The notes under the pieces: generated by a model
Databases searched by the model: none
The model's input: the letters and a program-made list of their open reading frames with translations, nothing else
Told to the model about the DNA's origin: nothing
From: Octopus bimaculoides
Taxonomy: Eukaryota
NCBI RefSeq assembly: GCF_001194135.2
Contig: NC_068984.1
Span: 135,244,654 to 135,289,634, forward strand
Reading direction: 5' to 3'
Length of the DNA: 44,981 nucleotides
Shown here: positions 12,051-25,260 of the stretch, in pieces
Numbering within the stretch: the first letter of the stretch is position 1
Layout of the letters: each line of letters begins with the position of its first letter
Made by a program: the position numbers and the translations under genes

Positions 12051-12314
12051 TATTGCGTATCTCTGTCTATATCCGCCCATTCATCTCTCCATCTCTCTCC
12101 TCTTCTCTCTCTCTTGTAAATATTAACGCACGAAACCTAAGATAAAGAAGAAATTCAAAAATAAAAATGCATTTACCCTGCAATAAGCGTTTGAGTCACC
12201 GTTCTCCCACTTCGTCATATCGGAGTCTTTGCGCGCTTGTGCATGCTACAAGTGTGTTTTAATCGCCATTTTGAATATACTTCACTAAGGAGAAATAACG
12301 GCTGTTGGAGTAAC

Positions 12315-12455
12315 CTTAAGGCCAATTGTTCTGAGAGGGAGAGGTTAGTCGGTACGATCAACTGCTGGTCATATATCTTACTGTATCTTATCAATCCCAG
12401 ATGGATGAAAGTCTATGTTAATCTTGGCAGGATATGTACTTAAAAAGAGCCTATA
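12315..12455 (-). mobile_element. Degenerate SINE family B fragment
   Basis: TTAGTCGGTACGATC..CTTATCAATCCCAGATGGATGAAAG..CTTGGCAGGATATGTACTTAAAA resembles the reverse complement of the family B central domain. Confidence 0.6.
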
Positions 12456-15400
12456 GCTAATGTCGCAAGTTAATATAACATGCTCATTTCTATCAGCCGT
12501 TGCTTTAAAACCAAATCCATTCCAATCTCATTTATCTATAATTTCCCAAATTCTAATACACTATTAGTATAAGAGGTATCCACGGCGACAGCTGCTTTTG
12601 GATTGCTGACATACTTGTAGGTATTTTTTTCAATTAATTGCTTGGATAATCTAAATTGACTGAATATTTCCAAGAGACTTGATTACATATATTTGACGCT
12701 CTATCATACGCATTGGAAGGCATGCTTAATTTAATTCTCACTCCCCACTTCAATAAATTGTAATTTATTTTGTTACATAATAATCCATCTTGTTATTAAT
12801 AGCGTGAAATCCTCTCGTGTTTTTAAGATGATACAGCGGTATTGCAAGTATGATTCTTAGATTCTCTTCCATTAGTATCTTTATTACAAAAAAAAAAAAA
12901 TAATAATCTTCCTTTTAATGTAATATGATGTTTAAAGCGTGTTATTTTTTGTTTCTATTCTAATACTATTCGTTACACATATCGCTGTCTTCAATTGCAG
13001 AATTTTATTAGTTTAGAATTTTAAACATTTCCACCTAGATCAGCTTTTTATATGACGGAATCGAATCGCTATATTTTGTACCAGATGTTTTGTTGAAGCC
13101 TCAAGTAAATCGATAGGGTGCCTATATCGCAGTACGGTGAAATTAAACTTCCCTTGGATAGTTATTACGAAATACATGCAATCGAACATGGTAATTTTCC
13201 TTTTCATTTATACATAAACAATTCGTTTCTATAAAAGCAAATTTCGTTCCTTTTTTTAGTTAAATATTGTAAATTTAATGTATCATGAATTTCAAATTTA
13301 ATTACAGATATTACATTATTAGTAAATACAAAATTATTTGCATTCATGTCGTATAATACTAAGAGATATTTGCAGCTATGAGAAGCATAGCTAATTACAA
13401 CCTATGATGGTGAAAATCAGTGAATATAAAAATTCTTCACAAGCTTTGTATATGTCTGTGGTAAATGATATTTCTTAAATCCTAACAGATTCGCACGAAA
13501 GGGAGAGTTAATTTATATAAAAACATGCCCACAGTACAGTTAAATGTTCAGAACCAAAACGCTGGAGTTATAGTGTGTTAGATTATTATTTTGTGTGTTG
13601 TTTGACCAAAAACCCACCGGATTGTTTTTAATGGGATAAGTTTTTACTCCTAAAACGATTCATGCTTTATAAACCTGTATTAAATACGGTGATGTATACT
13701 TATAAAATTCGTGAATGGATTAATATTAGTCTATAGCGTTCGAAATGTTTCTACTTTTTGGCAATAATCTCGTGTATCATGCATTTAAAATCAGTCCTTT
13801 ACATTTTAAATTCGTTTTTCCCATCTTAGTAACATAGTTTCACATTATGAACTCTTTTTGTTGTATAATTGTAAACTATTAACGACGTCTGGAAATATAT
13901 AATGTTGAGTTCATTGCTTCAATGGACTTTACAAATCACAATTTCACCAATATTAAATTCGATATTAATGTAGCCTGTAAATAAAGTATAATCATTTACT
14001 TTAAATGAAATCGAAAAAAAAAAAAAATGAAATAACGAAATAAATGGCATTTAAGAAACCTATTAAAATATACACATTACGATTATAAAAAAAAAAAGCT
14101 ATTACGCTGTTCTTTAAAGACGATGGATCTAAAATAAAGATCTTTCTGAAATTGGACAATTTGAGTTAGCGACCATTTATTTAAAATTGATTCATTTATA
14201 TTCGGAGATGCTATAAAACTGATTCGTAACAGTATGAATTAATTGGATAGATGCTATAACTAATGCCAGCTTCTTGCATCCATTATCAATGTTAAATAGG
14301 AAAGAATTTGAATCTTTTTCTAGTAGCAAGCAAGAAAGATTTTAGAAAGTTAATCTTAATTTTTATTTTTTCCATGACAGAATATAACTTTTGATTGATT
14401 ATTCTCGACGGCGTTTATATGATTTAATATTCTTCAACCTGGAAGCAAAGAAAAATGCTTCGAATTTAACTCCTCTCCAATTCACTTATATAAACCTTAA
14501 TCACATATCAACCATTTAAAAAGAAGAAAAAATTCAAATTTAACTTCAAACAAGAGAAACTGCTTTAGTGGGGGTAAATCAATTCAGAGAAAAATGTAGG
14601 GTCGAAAGTTTAATCGAATATAACTGTGATTAATAGGCAACTTTGGGAAATGTGGTTTATTATTAGCTGTTATCGTTAATATTTCTCTTTTTTCCAAAAG
14701 CTAAAATACAAACAAAACACAAAACAAGACTTCTCATCATAATTTTCTTCTCATTAAACCACAATATATCTTCAATTATATAATTCTACGATCTCGAACC
14801 GAATTAATTCCTGTTAGTGAGTTCAATACGATTTTTATTGAATAGTCTTTAAGAACAGGATTATTTTGTAACTAATGTATTCATGTGATTATTTCTTCAG
14901 ATATTCTTTAACTAATCTGCTCAAAATTGCTGCTATTGGTAGGATATGGAATGAAATTTCTAATATAAGTTTATGTAGTAAGTAAACTCTGTATTAAAGA
15001 ATCGATCGATGGTTTCAATCAGAAACCATTAGAATTGAGATGATATTAGAAATTGAACTCCCATTAAAAAAGTCATTCAGAATATTCACTCGCTTTGCTA
15101 TGTGAAATTGCGTATAGTTGATTTTAAAATTATCTTTATTCACCATTTTATACTGGCATGAAAATTAGAATAACAACTATATTCTCATATATTCAAGGTA
15201 AACAATCGATCTAGCATACGCATTCAGACATTTCCACACACAGCATCAATACTGAGGGAAGAAGTTGAACAGCGCATCTTCCTTATTCGGCATCCATGTA
15301 AACCCGTAACCTTGGACAAGTAAGTTATTGCTGAAAAAGAAACCTCGAATGAACATTTTGATTTATTGCTAAATGCAATTAATTTTAATTACGGTACAAT

Positions 15401-15894
15401 TAAAAGGGTTGAACGTATAGAATTTATGAAATCCCATTCGATTTCTCTTTAAATCTGCAATCGTTTGTGGGAATATAAAATCAGCAATATATATTCTGAT
15501 GCAGTAAATGAAGCAGTAAATGCATATGCACATCTCATCAATCCCATAGCACAGAGTTTCAGTTGAAAATATTTCCCTCGTCTGATGATAATGTTCCTGT
15601 AGAAGAGCGTATAGCTTCCACGTCAAACGTGCTTCTCGACCTCCTTTCACTAAGGATGACTTTGATCAAATTCATTCAAGCAATTATGAACTGCTTGTTA
15701 AGATGGGGGTTTTCAGATATATTAACTATCATAAAAGTAATCAGTTACAGTTAATGTTTCAGCATTCATCCTCCGTGTATCTAAAACGTATGTGTTTCTC
15801 ATAAAAACAATTCCCAACTGCAAAACATAAAAGGTGTAACATAAAGGCCCAGGCTGTTTGGAACAGGTAACACAATTACACCCTATTTGTTATT

Positions 15895-16025
15895 GCTAAG
15901 ATTTTCGGTTTTATCTTTTTGGTTGTTGTTTTTGTTGTTGTTGTTGTTGTTCTTCTTCTTCTTGTTTTCTTCTTCTGCAACCTTTTCTCCTCCCCCCCTC
16001 CTCCTCCTCCTCCTCCTCCTCCAAA
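15895..16025. repeat. Compound trinucleotide microsatellite (TTG)n-(TTC)n-(CCT)n
   Basis: Read directly. It explains the spurious poly-T/K/R/G/L ORFs in the track. Confidence 0.95.
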
Positions 16026-16396
16026 ATAAACATGGTTGTTTAGAGAGTAGCAGAAAGTCAATTATAATACGTTTTCTGTGCAAACTTTGTACATCGGAAA
16101 AGTTGACTACAAAGATGAACAGACTACCCTTTTTGCGCTAGTTCTTTAGAACCTCTTAATAGGAAACTGAGTAACAAGCTCACAGCGATATCACAAGCGT
16201 TCTCTCATCCTCGAAAACCAGACGATAAGAGCCGAATCCGTTTGCATGTCCATCTGAATGATTCAAGAAAAGATCTTTGTCTCGCATTCTCCGATCACGA
16301 TTACATATTCTTATAATTATTGCTCATACTTCAATGCATTGATGCTACATTCTGCAACATTCATTATTATGGACGAATTCTTTGTCAAATATCCAA

Positions 16397-16784
16397 ACGG
16401 CTGTGTGGTATGTAGCTTGCTTATCGACCACATTATCCAGAGCATGAGTCTTCCGCTATAACCTCGGGCCGATCGAAGACTTGAGTGGATTTGATAGACG
16501 GAAACTGAAAGAAGCCAGTAGTATATATATNNNNNNNNNNTATTTATTTATTTATTTATGTGCGTGTGTGTGTATGTGTATTTGTGTGTCTCTGGCTGTT
16601 CCACCAAAATCACTTGACAACCGATGCGGGTGTGTTTACGGCCCTGTAACTTGGCGGTTCGGCAAAATAAAATGATAGAATAAATACTAGGCTACTAGGC
16701 TTACAAAGAGTTCTGGTATCGATTTTTTCGACTAAAGGTGGTATTTCAGGTTAGCCGCAGTCAAATGACTGAAACAAGTAAAAG
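16397..16784 (+). mobile_element. SINE family A copy with a ~25-30 bp deletion in the 5' part
   Basis: GGCTGTGTGGTATGTAGCTTGC..CTCGGGCCGA..GGAAACTGAAAGAAGCC, microsatellite plus 10-bp gap, CACTTGACAACCGATG..GGCGGTTCGGCAAAA..GCCGCAGTCAAATGACTGAAACAAGTAAAAG. Local duplication TACTAGGC x2. Confidence 0.9.
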
Positions 16785-16815
16785 TGCATTGCATATAAGG
16801 TATCCAAATAACCTA

Positions 16816-18082
16816 TCAGGTCATCCCATAAGTTGTGTCCGAATTTTGAATAAAGAGAACAAGTGATCAAATTTTATATTTAATTGAAATTTAATCATCA
16901 ATGTACTTTCCCTGATTATCTATGACTTCCTTCCATCTATTTACAAGCTTTTTAATCCGATCAATGTAAAACTCTTTTGGTTTCAAAGCGAAGAACTCTG
17001 AAATGTCAGTTTTGACCTCCTCCTGGCTTGTGAAAGTTATGTCCCCCAAATGATTCTGTAGACTACGGAACAAATGGTAGTCTGAAGGAGCAAGGTCGGG
17101 AGAATAAGGTGGATGCGGAATTTTTTTCCCAACTAAGCTCTTCGATCCTTTGTGATGTGATCTTTACAGTGTGGGGTCGCGCATTGTCCTGATGAAACAG
17201 CACTCCTTTTTCGATTCCCTAAAGAGGGTCTTTTTCTTCAAAGCTTGGTTCAAACGCTCTAATTGTTGACAGTAGACTTGAGTGTTGATTGTTGCATTAG
17301 CTGGTAATAATTTAAAGTGAATTACTCTTTCGCAATCCCACCAGATAGAGCGAAGCACCTTTTTTTCCATGAAGTTCCCTTCACGGTTGTGGTTGAGCCT
17401 TTTCCCTTTTACCAAGCTACTGTTTACGACGTTTAACATTTCGATAGAAGATCCATGTTTCATCACCAGTCACAATTCTATCCAAAAATGGTGAACTGAG
17501 TTCGCTAGAATGGAAAGAAGAGCAAATGTCAACTTGGGATTTGCGGTTGCTTTCAAGTTTTTCCAAGTTTGGGAACCTTTCCAAGTTGTCGAAGATGACG
17601 ATGAACAGTTGTGTGGTTTGAACTAAGCTTTATTGCCAATTCTTCAACTGATGATGCAGGATTTTCTCCAAGTAATGCCTCAAAGAGCATATCATCAAAC
17701 TCAACTGGATGTCCTGTTCGATCTTCATCTTCAAGGCTGAAATCTCCACTTCTGAATTTTGCAAACCATCTTCTGCAAGTTCTTTAATTCAAGCATTCTT
17801 TCCCATAAACTGAGTGTATGTTTCGAGTCACTTCGGCTGCAGAGTTTCCATTTTTGTACTCATAAAGCATTATGTGCCTCAAATGCTCTTTGGATACTTC
17901 AATATTAGAAAGGGTTTTAATCAAAGAAATTTTAATTCTATTATTCTGTAAAATATATTAGTTTAAATATACACAAATGCATAAAAAAGAATTTCAAATT
18001 CCATTAGACATTCTAAAATACTATTAAATTTCATTCAATTTTAAAAAACGTAAAATTGGACAGAACTTATGGGATGACGTGT
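16816..18082 (-). mobile_element. Near-full-length decayed mariner transposon (1267 bp) flanked by TA; non-irritans type
   Basis: TA (16814-16815), then TCAGGTCATCCCATAAGTTGTGTCCGAATTT; right end AAATTGGACAGAACTTATGGGATGACGTGT, then TA (18083-18084). The TIRs of about 30 bp are imperfect. Confidence 0.96.
16891..17905 (-). pseudogene. Mariner transposase pseudogene, D,D34D
   Basis: IEVSKEHLRHIMLYEYKNGNSAAEVTRNIHSVYGKECLN*RTCRRWFAKFRSGDFSLEDEDRTGHPVEFDD (HTH); PFLDRIVTGDETWIFYRNVKRRKQ; VLRSIWWDCERVIHFKLLP; LFHQDNARPHT..WEK/IPHPPYSPDLAPSDYHLFRSLQNHL..RWKEVIDNQGKYIDD*. There are 34 residues between the 2nd and 3rd Asp once one extra A is removed from the A7 run. Several stops and frameshifts. 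Confidence 0.96.
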
Positions 18083-18363
18083 TATTTGTTTTGCGTTCTA
18101 CAATCTTCGTTTCATATATGTCACAAACTGCATGTTTACAAAACTGATTATGCCTTATTCATTATACCTTATAAAACCACAGTTTTACGCGAGGCCAAAG
18201 ATTATTCGTGAAACGGAATTGTTTTTAGTGGACAGTGATCACAGCGGTTATCATTCATTTTAATCCATTTCGGTTTGAGCAGCATGAAATGATGTGACTT
18301 GTTCACGAACGAAACCTCCTCATCCTGGATTCAGTTTCATGCCATGGTCCTTGTGCGTCTGTG

Positions 18364-18492
<129 letters not shown>

Positions 18493-19279
18493 CGCTCTTT
18501 CTCTTGGGCCACTATACTACAATAATTATTGCACTAAGTTTATACCATCAATAGTTTTGAAACTTTTACAATTATTTTTTTTTAATTGTAGTTTTCTCTT
18601 CGTTCTTTTATTGATTTCTATAAATATATTTAGATTTTAGTTTTTGTGTAGTCACCTACCGAAATTTTCCTTAATTACTGTTTTTATTTATCTTATATAT
18701 ATTGTCGCGTTTATTTATTTTGATAATTTCGGATTTCTATTGTCAAGATTTCTTATTATTTTTCTAAAGTTCATAACTTTTTAAAACGTCTATAATGATA
18801 TAATGACTACATTTATACTTTATCCATTTAGTACAAAATTCCACCGATTGCTAAACAAACGTTAAATTATTGCTTAGCAATTATTCTCTAATTTAACTTG
18901 TTTGTTTCTTAATTTCTGTGATTTTCTAATTTGTCAGCGTATTTGTTCAAGATGCACCCCCTAATTGTACTCATGAACATACGGCACACAGACAAAAATA
19001 TACGTAAATGCGTATGTATGTATTTATGTATATATGTTTGTATATGTATATGTATGTATCTGTGTTTATATATACATACATATATATTTATATAAGTATG
19101 TGTCTTGTCCTATTTTCCATTTTTCTCTCGTTGTTTATGTATTTAACTGGTTTGTCTACGTATTTCATGTTGTTTGCACACTTGGTGACGTCCTGTACAC
19201 ACACACACACGCATACATAAATATATTTATTATTATTATTTAAGTGACCGCCACGCATACATTTCCTAGTAAATTTATC

Positions 19280-19620
19280 TTCACCTTTCTGATGCGACTC
19301 TATTCTGTACTATTTTCTTACTCTGTCCTTCTCTAATTCCCTTTTTTCTGCCCCTCCCTCTTTCACCGTTTTCTATCTGACTCTCACCTTCTCTTTCCCT
19401 TTTCTCTCTTTCGTCGATGACTCCTGACCATCGTCCATCTTTCCTTTCCTCACGTAACCATCTTTCTTTTCCTGCAGGGACGTTCAAAGGAATGGACATT
19501 TTATTCTCTCTCTTCTATCTTTTCTCCCTTCATAGAAGATATTTCTCCCAGCGTTAACTATTTTCCTCTCGTTCTGGTCTAACGATCCTCCATGTTTGTT
19601 TTCGTTCACTTTCCTTGTAT
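19280..19620. repeat. Pyrimidine-rich (CT-rich) low-complexity tract
   Basis: Strong C/T bias on the + strand with no exact unit. Confidence 0.75.
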
Positions 19621-20202
19621 TTCTCCACTGTCCTGTTTCTTTGTTCTCAATTTTGGCCCTCCATAGGTCCTAAATTTTATTTTAGAATTTATGGGAGCGA
19701 CTGTTTTTGAAGGCTCATATTGTCGTTGAATGCTGGAAATGAGGATTTGATAGACAGCCGACAACTGATGAAGGGTCATTTCTCTGTGATTACTTGTCAT
19801 GTTTTCCATTTGCTGCTCATTGCATTGCAAAGGCACACCATTCGCAAACCTACAACAACATATTTGTGCATATAATCATGTTTTAGCAGACCTGATGTTG
19901 TATCGACGGATCCAGACGATGAAGTAGGCTAGCCGAATATGTAGATATAGAGGGAGAAGTCTAGACGTCGGGGTAGTTGAGTAGAGGTCATCCGAACATC
20001 CGATAAAAAACAGTGGCGACAAGGATGAGATGCTCACATAGCCACTGTGTAGTATTGCGATATAACACCTGAATATCTTCACAAGCCCTTATACTGATTT
20101 TCCCATAAAATGAAAGCAACAATTTAAAAATTCTTTCTGATCCAAAATACCGTTATATATTTCCTTTTATCTTTGGAGTTCTTGTACTACTCTCTCCAAT
20201 TC

Positions 20203-20505
20203 GCACTCCGCCGGTTAGGACGCCGAGGGTTCTAGTAGATGCGATCTACGTGACAGCTTGCTGTTGAAATTAACGTGCAAGTGGCTGAGCACCCCACAGA
20301 CGCACGTTTTCTTAACGCAGTTCTAAAGGAGATTCAGCATGACACACTGTGACAAAGCTGGTCTTTAGAAATACAGGTACTACTCATTTTTTGCTAGCCA
20401 AGAGGAGTTAAGCAACGTGAAATAAAGTACACAACGCCACCGCTGTATATCGATCTCACGACCTTATGATTGTGAGCCAAACACTTTAACAACTAAGTAA
20501 GGCGA
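20203..20505 (-). mobile_element. SINE family C, near full length
   Basis: GCACTCCG..GAAATTAACGTGCAAGTGGCTGAGCAC..GATTCAGCATGACACAC..GAAATACAGGTACTACTCATTTTT..GCAACGTGAAATAAAGT..CTCACGACCTTATGATTGTGAGCC. The head matches 10250 and 11814; the tail matches 4381. Confidence 0.88.
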
Positions 20506-22697
20506 ATTCACATTTTCTCCACCATGGTTTACTTATATGTATTCACAACTGTCTATGTCTTACTATATTAATGATCTGTACATATGTACTTCATTCATAA
20601 CCATCCTCACACACGCAGAAGCATATACATCTTGAACTTTCAACGGATCCAAGTTAACATCAAAATGCCGACGAATTTAAAGTATTAGTCCAATTATACA
20701 ACTTGCAAGCAGCCATATATTTACATCACAGTAATCTTTAAGTCAATAATTAACTGTAATTTTATCTCCTTATATTATTTTATATTTTCTGTCATGATCT
20801 GATGTATGTCTACTCGGATGAACTTGTATCGGTGCAAGCAGGAATGCAATTGCACACATTTCATCAGTCATCTAATATACGATAACATTGTAAACATACT
20901 ACATATATACACAGCAAACGACATTTCCCTACATTCAAAACCAGCCCCGTGAGAAAATAGAGAAATATTGGTAACGAAATGTCTGTATATTTACATATGT
21001 GTGTGTATTTGTATATATGTATGTATGTGTTTATGTATGCATGCATTTATGTGTGTATGTATGTTTTTATGTATGTATATATGTGTGTATATGTGATTAT
21101 GTGTATGTGTGTATGTTACAGAAGATATGTAAACATAGCAATTGAAACAAACGCAAAGAACTTGCTAATGGTGGCCTATGATGAAAAGTAAACCGTATGT
21201 CCAAAACATCAAACCTCTCCGACAAAGCATTAAGAAAGCGCAAAGGTAAGCCCTTAAGGTATATACAAAATTAGCAGTAACTGATTTTCAATAATTTCTG
21301 TAGAATTTAATAGTGACCTAGTTGTAGAAGTACTGTAAAACTTTCAGAACTTCAAGGAATAAAGAAAACACATATGTAACGTTAGTATGTGTTTTCTTAA
21401 ATGAAAACATTATCTCTAACGCAATGTAATTACTAAAGAAACATCTTTGCAGAAAATGTTGAAGGAAATCCTAGTTTTTCTGCTTTAAGTTTTGCTTATA
21501 GAGAATCGGTAAGATAAGCGTGTAATATATTGCGACGGATTAACTTTTTGCCTTCGGCATTGAAATAGTTTTTAGGTGGAGTTAATGTTATTTAGAGAAA
21601 TATATTCAATCATGATAATTTTTCACGAAATCAAAATGAATTATAGGAAATATGGTTTCTAGGTTTTATGTATCTACATTTCGATGATGACTGTTGCATT
21701 CTGTACCATATTGACAGAATTGTTATTACTGTTTTATTGATTCTGGAGAATATTTTATATTTATTGATTTTGCAATAAATTTTAGTTACTTCGACGTTAA
21801 CATTATTTACGAATATAATTTAACCGATATATATATATATATGTATATATGCAAGCATGCATACATACATACCTACATTCACACATACATACATATATAA
21901 GTGTTTGTATGTATGTGTATGTATATATGTATGTANNNNNNNNNNNNNNNNNNNNNNNNNNNNNNNNNNNNNNNNNNNNNNNNNNNNNNNNNNNNNNNNN
22001 NNNNTATATATATACACACACACACATGTATATATACATATATACGTACAGTGAAGCTCGCACAGACTTTCACTAAATGTAGTTGAGTTTTAATATTTGG
22101 TCATTTTATATCATATCCTTGTTGTAAATGGAATACTTAATTGCATGACGTTGTGGGTAATGCTTCACTTTGTGTAAATCTGTTTGGTTTTTATGTGTGT
22201 GTATATGAGTTTATGTGTAGGTTGCTTTTTTATTTGGTTCCTCTAATTGTCTAGGTTATCCTGAATTTCCAGGATAACTAACAATACGGAATATTAATCC
22301 TCAGTGGTATTTTTTTTATATATATCGTGGTGAAGTAAACATGTTTGGGATTTGAGAGCAAATATGCTTGATAAACGTTCCCTCTGCATATTGAATGAGG
22401 GATATTGCGATAATCCCCATGAACTAGATACCATTCAACACAAACGTTCTCTCTCTTCATTCATCCCTCCTTCTCACTGATTCTCTTTCTCACTCTCTGT
22501 TTCACGTACACACGCAAACTATCATATACACCCTCATAAAAACACACACACACACAAACACACTTTCAAATAATGGTTCAAAGTTTGCCATGTTTTCAGA
22601 TATGAAGATGCAGCTTGAAGTGATGGGAATCACATGCCCAGCCATAGACCTTTTACTTCCAAGAGGATTTACAACGATATATACACGCAATTATTTA

Positions 22698-22800
22698 GAG
22701 GTGCGTGGCTTAGTGGGTAAAGGCGCTGCACACATAATAGTAATATAGCGGTTTCGATTCCTGGACCATATGATGCCTTGCGTTCTTCAGAAAAAAGGAC
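22698..22800 (+). mobile_element. Degenerate tRNA-like SINE head
   Basis: GAGGTGCGTGGCTTAGTGGGTAAAG (A box)..GCGGTTTCGATTCCTGGACC (B box). Confidence 0.65.
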
Positions 22801-22920
22801 TTTTATTGCTCGAAACGTTATACTACCTTTCTTTTCTTCCCTGACTGTCTGCTAATATTTTACATGTAAAACGTCCCCACGTTGTTGTTTTTTTGTGTTT
22901 CTTAGTTTTTCGGGGATTTA

Positions 22921-22953
22921 CTATATATATACATACACACGCGCATACGCACA

Positions 22954-23008
<55 letters not shown>

Positions 23009-23215
23009 GGTTGGGTTGTTGGAGTGCAAGTAGGAAGGAGCGGTATGTGCAAGTATATAGTTGTATATGTGGGTCTGTGGACAAACACATATGAATTTCT
23101 GTGCATGTCTGTATCGATGCGAGCGTGCGCACCTATACATGTGCGCGCATGTGCGCACACACGCCCCTAATACAAACACACATATATGAACGAACACACT
23201 CGCGCGCACACACAC
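22921..23215. repeat. (CA)n and mixed CA/CG/TG alternating purine-pyrimidine repeats
   Basis: Perfect (AC)n at about 22955-23005, plus GCGCGC/GTGCGC-containing alternating tracts at 23100-23215. Confidence 0.9.
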
Positions 23216-24303
23216 TTATCCAGTTAACTCATTTCAATCGTCAGAGTTTATAATGTATTCGACTGAGCGATAGAAACGCTAGTATCCCAAACTAAATACA
23301 TTGAGAGTTATAGAGTTGCCTAACTTTACGTTGTCTTTAAATGCCACCGGTCATTCTCCTTACATTTCAGTAGAAATATACTTAGGCGTTGAAATATCGT
23401 CGATGCAATCGCCCAAGAAACCAGGAAACTGTCTGAACTGTTTGAATAAAAAGAAACTTCGTTGCATCATATTGTAAGACAACATGGCTTCAATCAACGT
23501 CATTTCCGTGACTTAAAACCGTTCACGTTCCATGAATCACATGTCTCATTTACATTACCCGTGTATATGAGTCGTTGAGAGAGCCTCTCTGTAGTCTTTG
23601 ACCGCTTAGAAACAGTAACAAAAACACCTTCAAATCAATTTCATTGCCTCATAAAAGGCCAATTTCTTATGCGAAAAATAGGAAAAGGGTAGAGATGGAA
23701 TGCTTTTGATCATAGACCTGATCGGTGAAGCTGAATCGTTCTTAAAGAATGAAACTACAACCAGAGCAATTTTCCGTGAAAACGAGAATAATAGGGCTTA
23801 ATATTGGAATGGAGGAAAAATCAAAGAAAGCAAATAACCCTTGGAAACGAGGCTTAATAACGTAATGCCTTGCTTAAATGATGCGCTGACTGCGAATGAT
23901 TGCAATGATATTACTATCAACAGACTCCTTAGCAGGAAATAACGTCTTAATATAATGTGATTTGCATCCGCTTGGCCCTCCGTGTTAGGTACGACAAAGG
24001 CAAAGCCTTTCTATTGAAAATTGATAAGCATAATCGTGCTCATATTACTGCATCTACAAATAGAAGCAATCTCATATGAGGTTGAAGTCAATGTTTCGAC
24101 ACGAACCGAGACAGAAGCCTAGAGAAATAGATCTTAATGATAGAAAAGATAGGTTTATGAATATTTTATAACCACAGCTCTAACTTTAGCAACATGAACG
24201 AAAATAGGGTAACACTACCAGCTAGATGACATACCGCTGTCGCTTCTAAGGAGTCTCGTATTCATGCATGACAACGCCCTCCACACCCCACTGTGCTAGG
24301 ACC

Positions 24304-24340
<37 letters not shown>

Positions 24341-25144
24341 TTGTTGTACCACTCTTCTATACATATGCGTTGCCTACAATAATCAGGTGACATTCTGGTA
24401 GCCACTGTTCGGCGTTCGCTGATTTACAGGAATATAAAGTTGACAAGTTACAGCTTTACGAATAATGATGCCTAAAATGTTTTCATTTTATATTCCAGTT
24501 TTGTACAAAAATATAGGTGCAAATTACGCACACCACATTAAAGCCGTGTTTTCTATTTATTTTTTGTATTTTATTTTGGCTTCACTTTTGCGCTCCCATG
24601 TTTTTGTTAAAAATATTGATCGACAATAGTTATGAAATTTCACAGAAAATAAAAATCCCTAGCTTCAAATAATTTATTTTATGAGATACTAAAATACATC
24701 GGTAGGTCCATAACCTACTGGATTATAGTAGCACTATTGAAAACACAATACATGTATACCTGATGCCAGCCACAAAATGATTAAATTGTGAAGTAGTAAG
24801 AGACGCATATTTGCTGAATGGAATATTAAAAAGCTCATGTATATCGGGCATATATCGTAAAATAAAAACATTATTGTAGGATACTGCAGACGTGTCATGT
24901 CATAGGACATGATGCTAAACAAAGATAATCACTGAGCAAATGCACCGAAGCGTACTTCGCTGGCGAATCCAAAGCGAAATTCTGACAAAATAAATTCATA
25001 TTCGAAAAGGCGATCCGCATAATAAATAGACAACAATGTATTTGAATGCATATTTGATGAATAAAACATAGCATATGGTGGATGAAAAAGAACAATAATA
25101 TCGATTACTATGGTATGCAAAACACCATAAATGTTTGGAGGGAG

Positions 25145-25260
25145 AACAGTCGATTAGATCGATCCGAATATTTGACCGGTACTTCTGTTATCGACCCCGC
25201 AAAGATGAAAAGAAGATCCTGGGAAAATTTAAATTCCGAATGTTAAAAGGTTGGTATCAA
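25145..25260 (-). mobile_element. SINE family B fragment
   Basis: Reverse complement CTTTTCATCTTTGCGGGGTCGATAACAGAAGTACCGGTC..GATCGATCTAATCGA matches the family B central domain. Confidence 0.7.
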
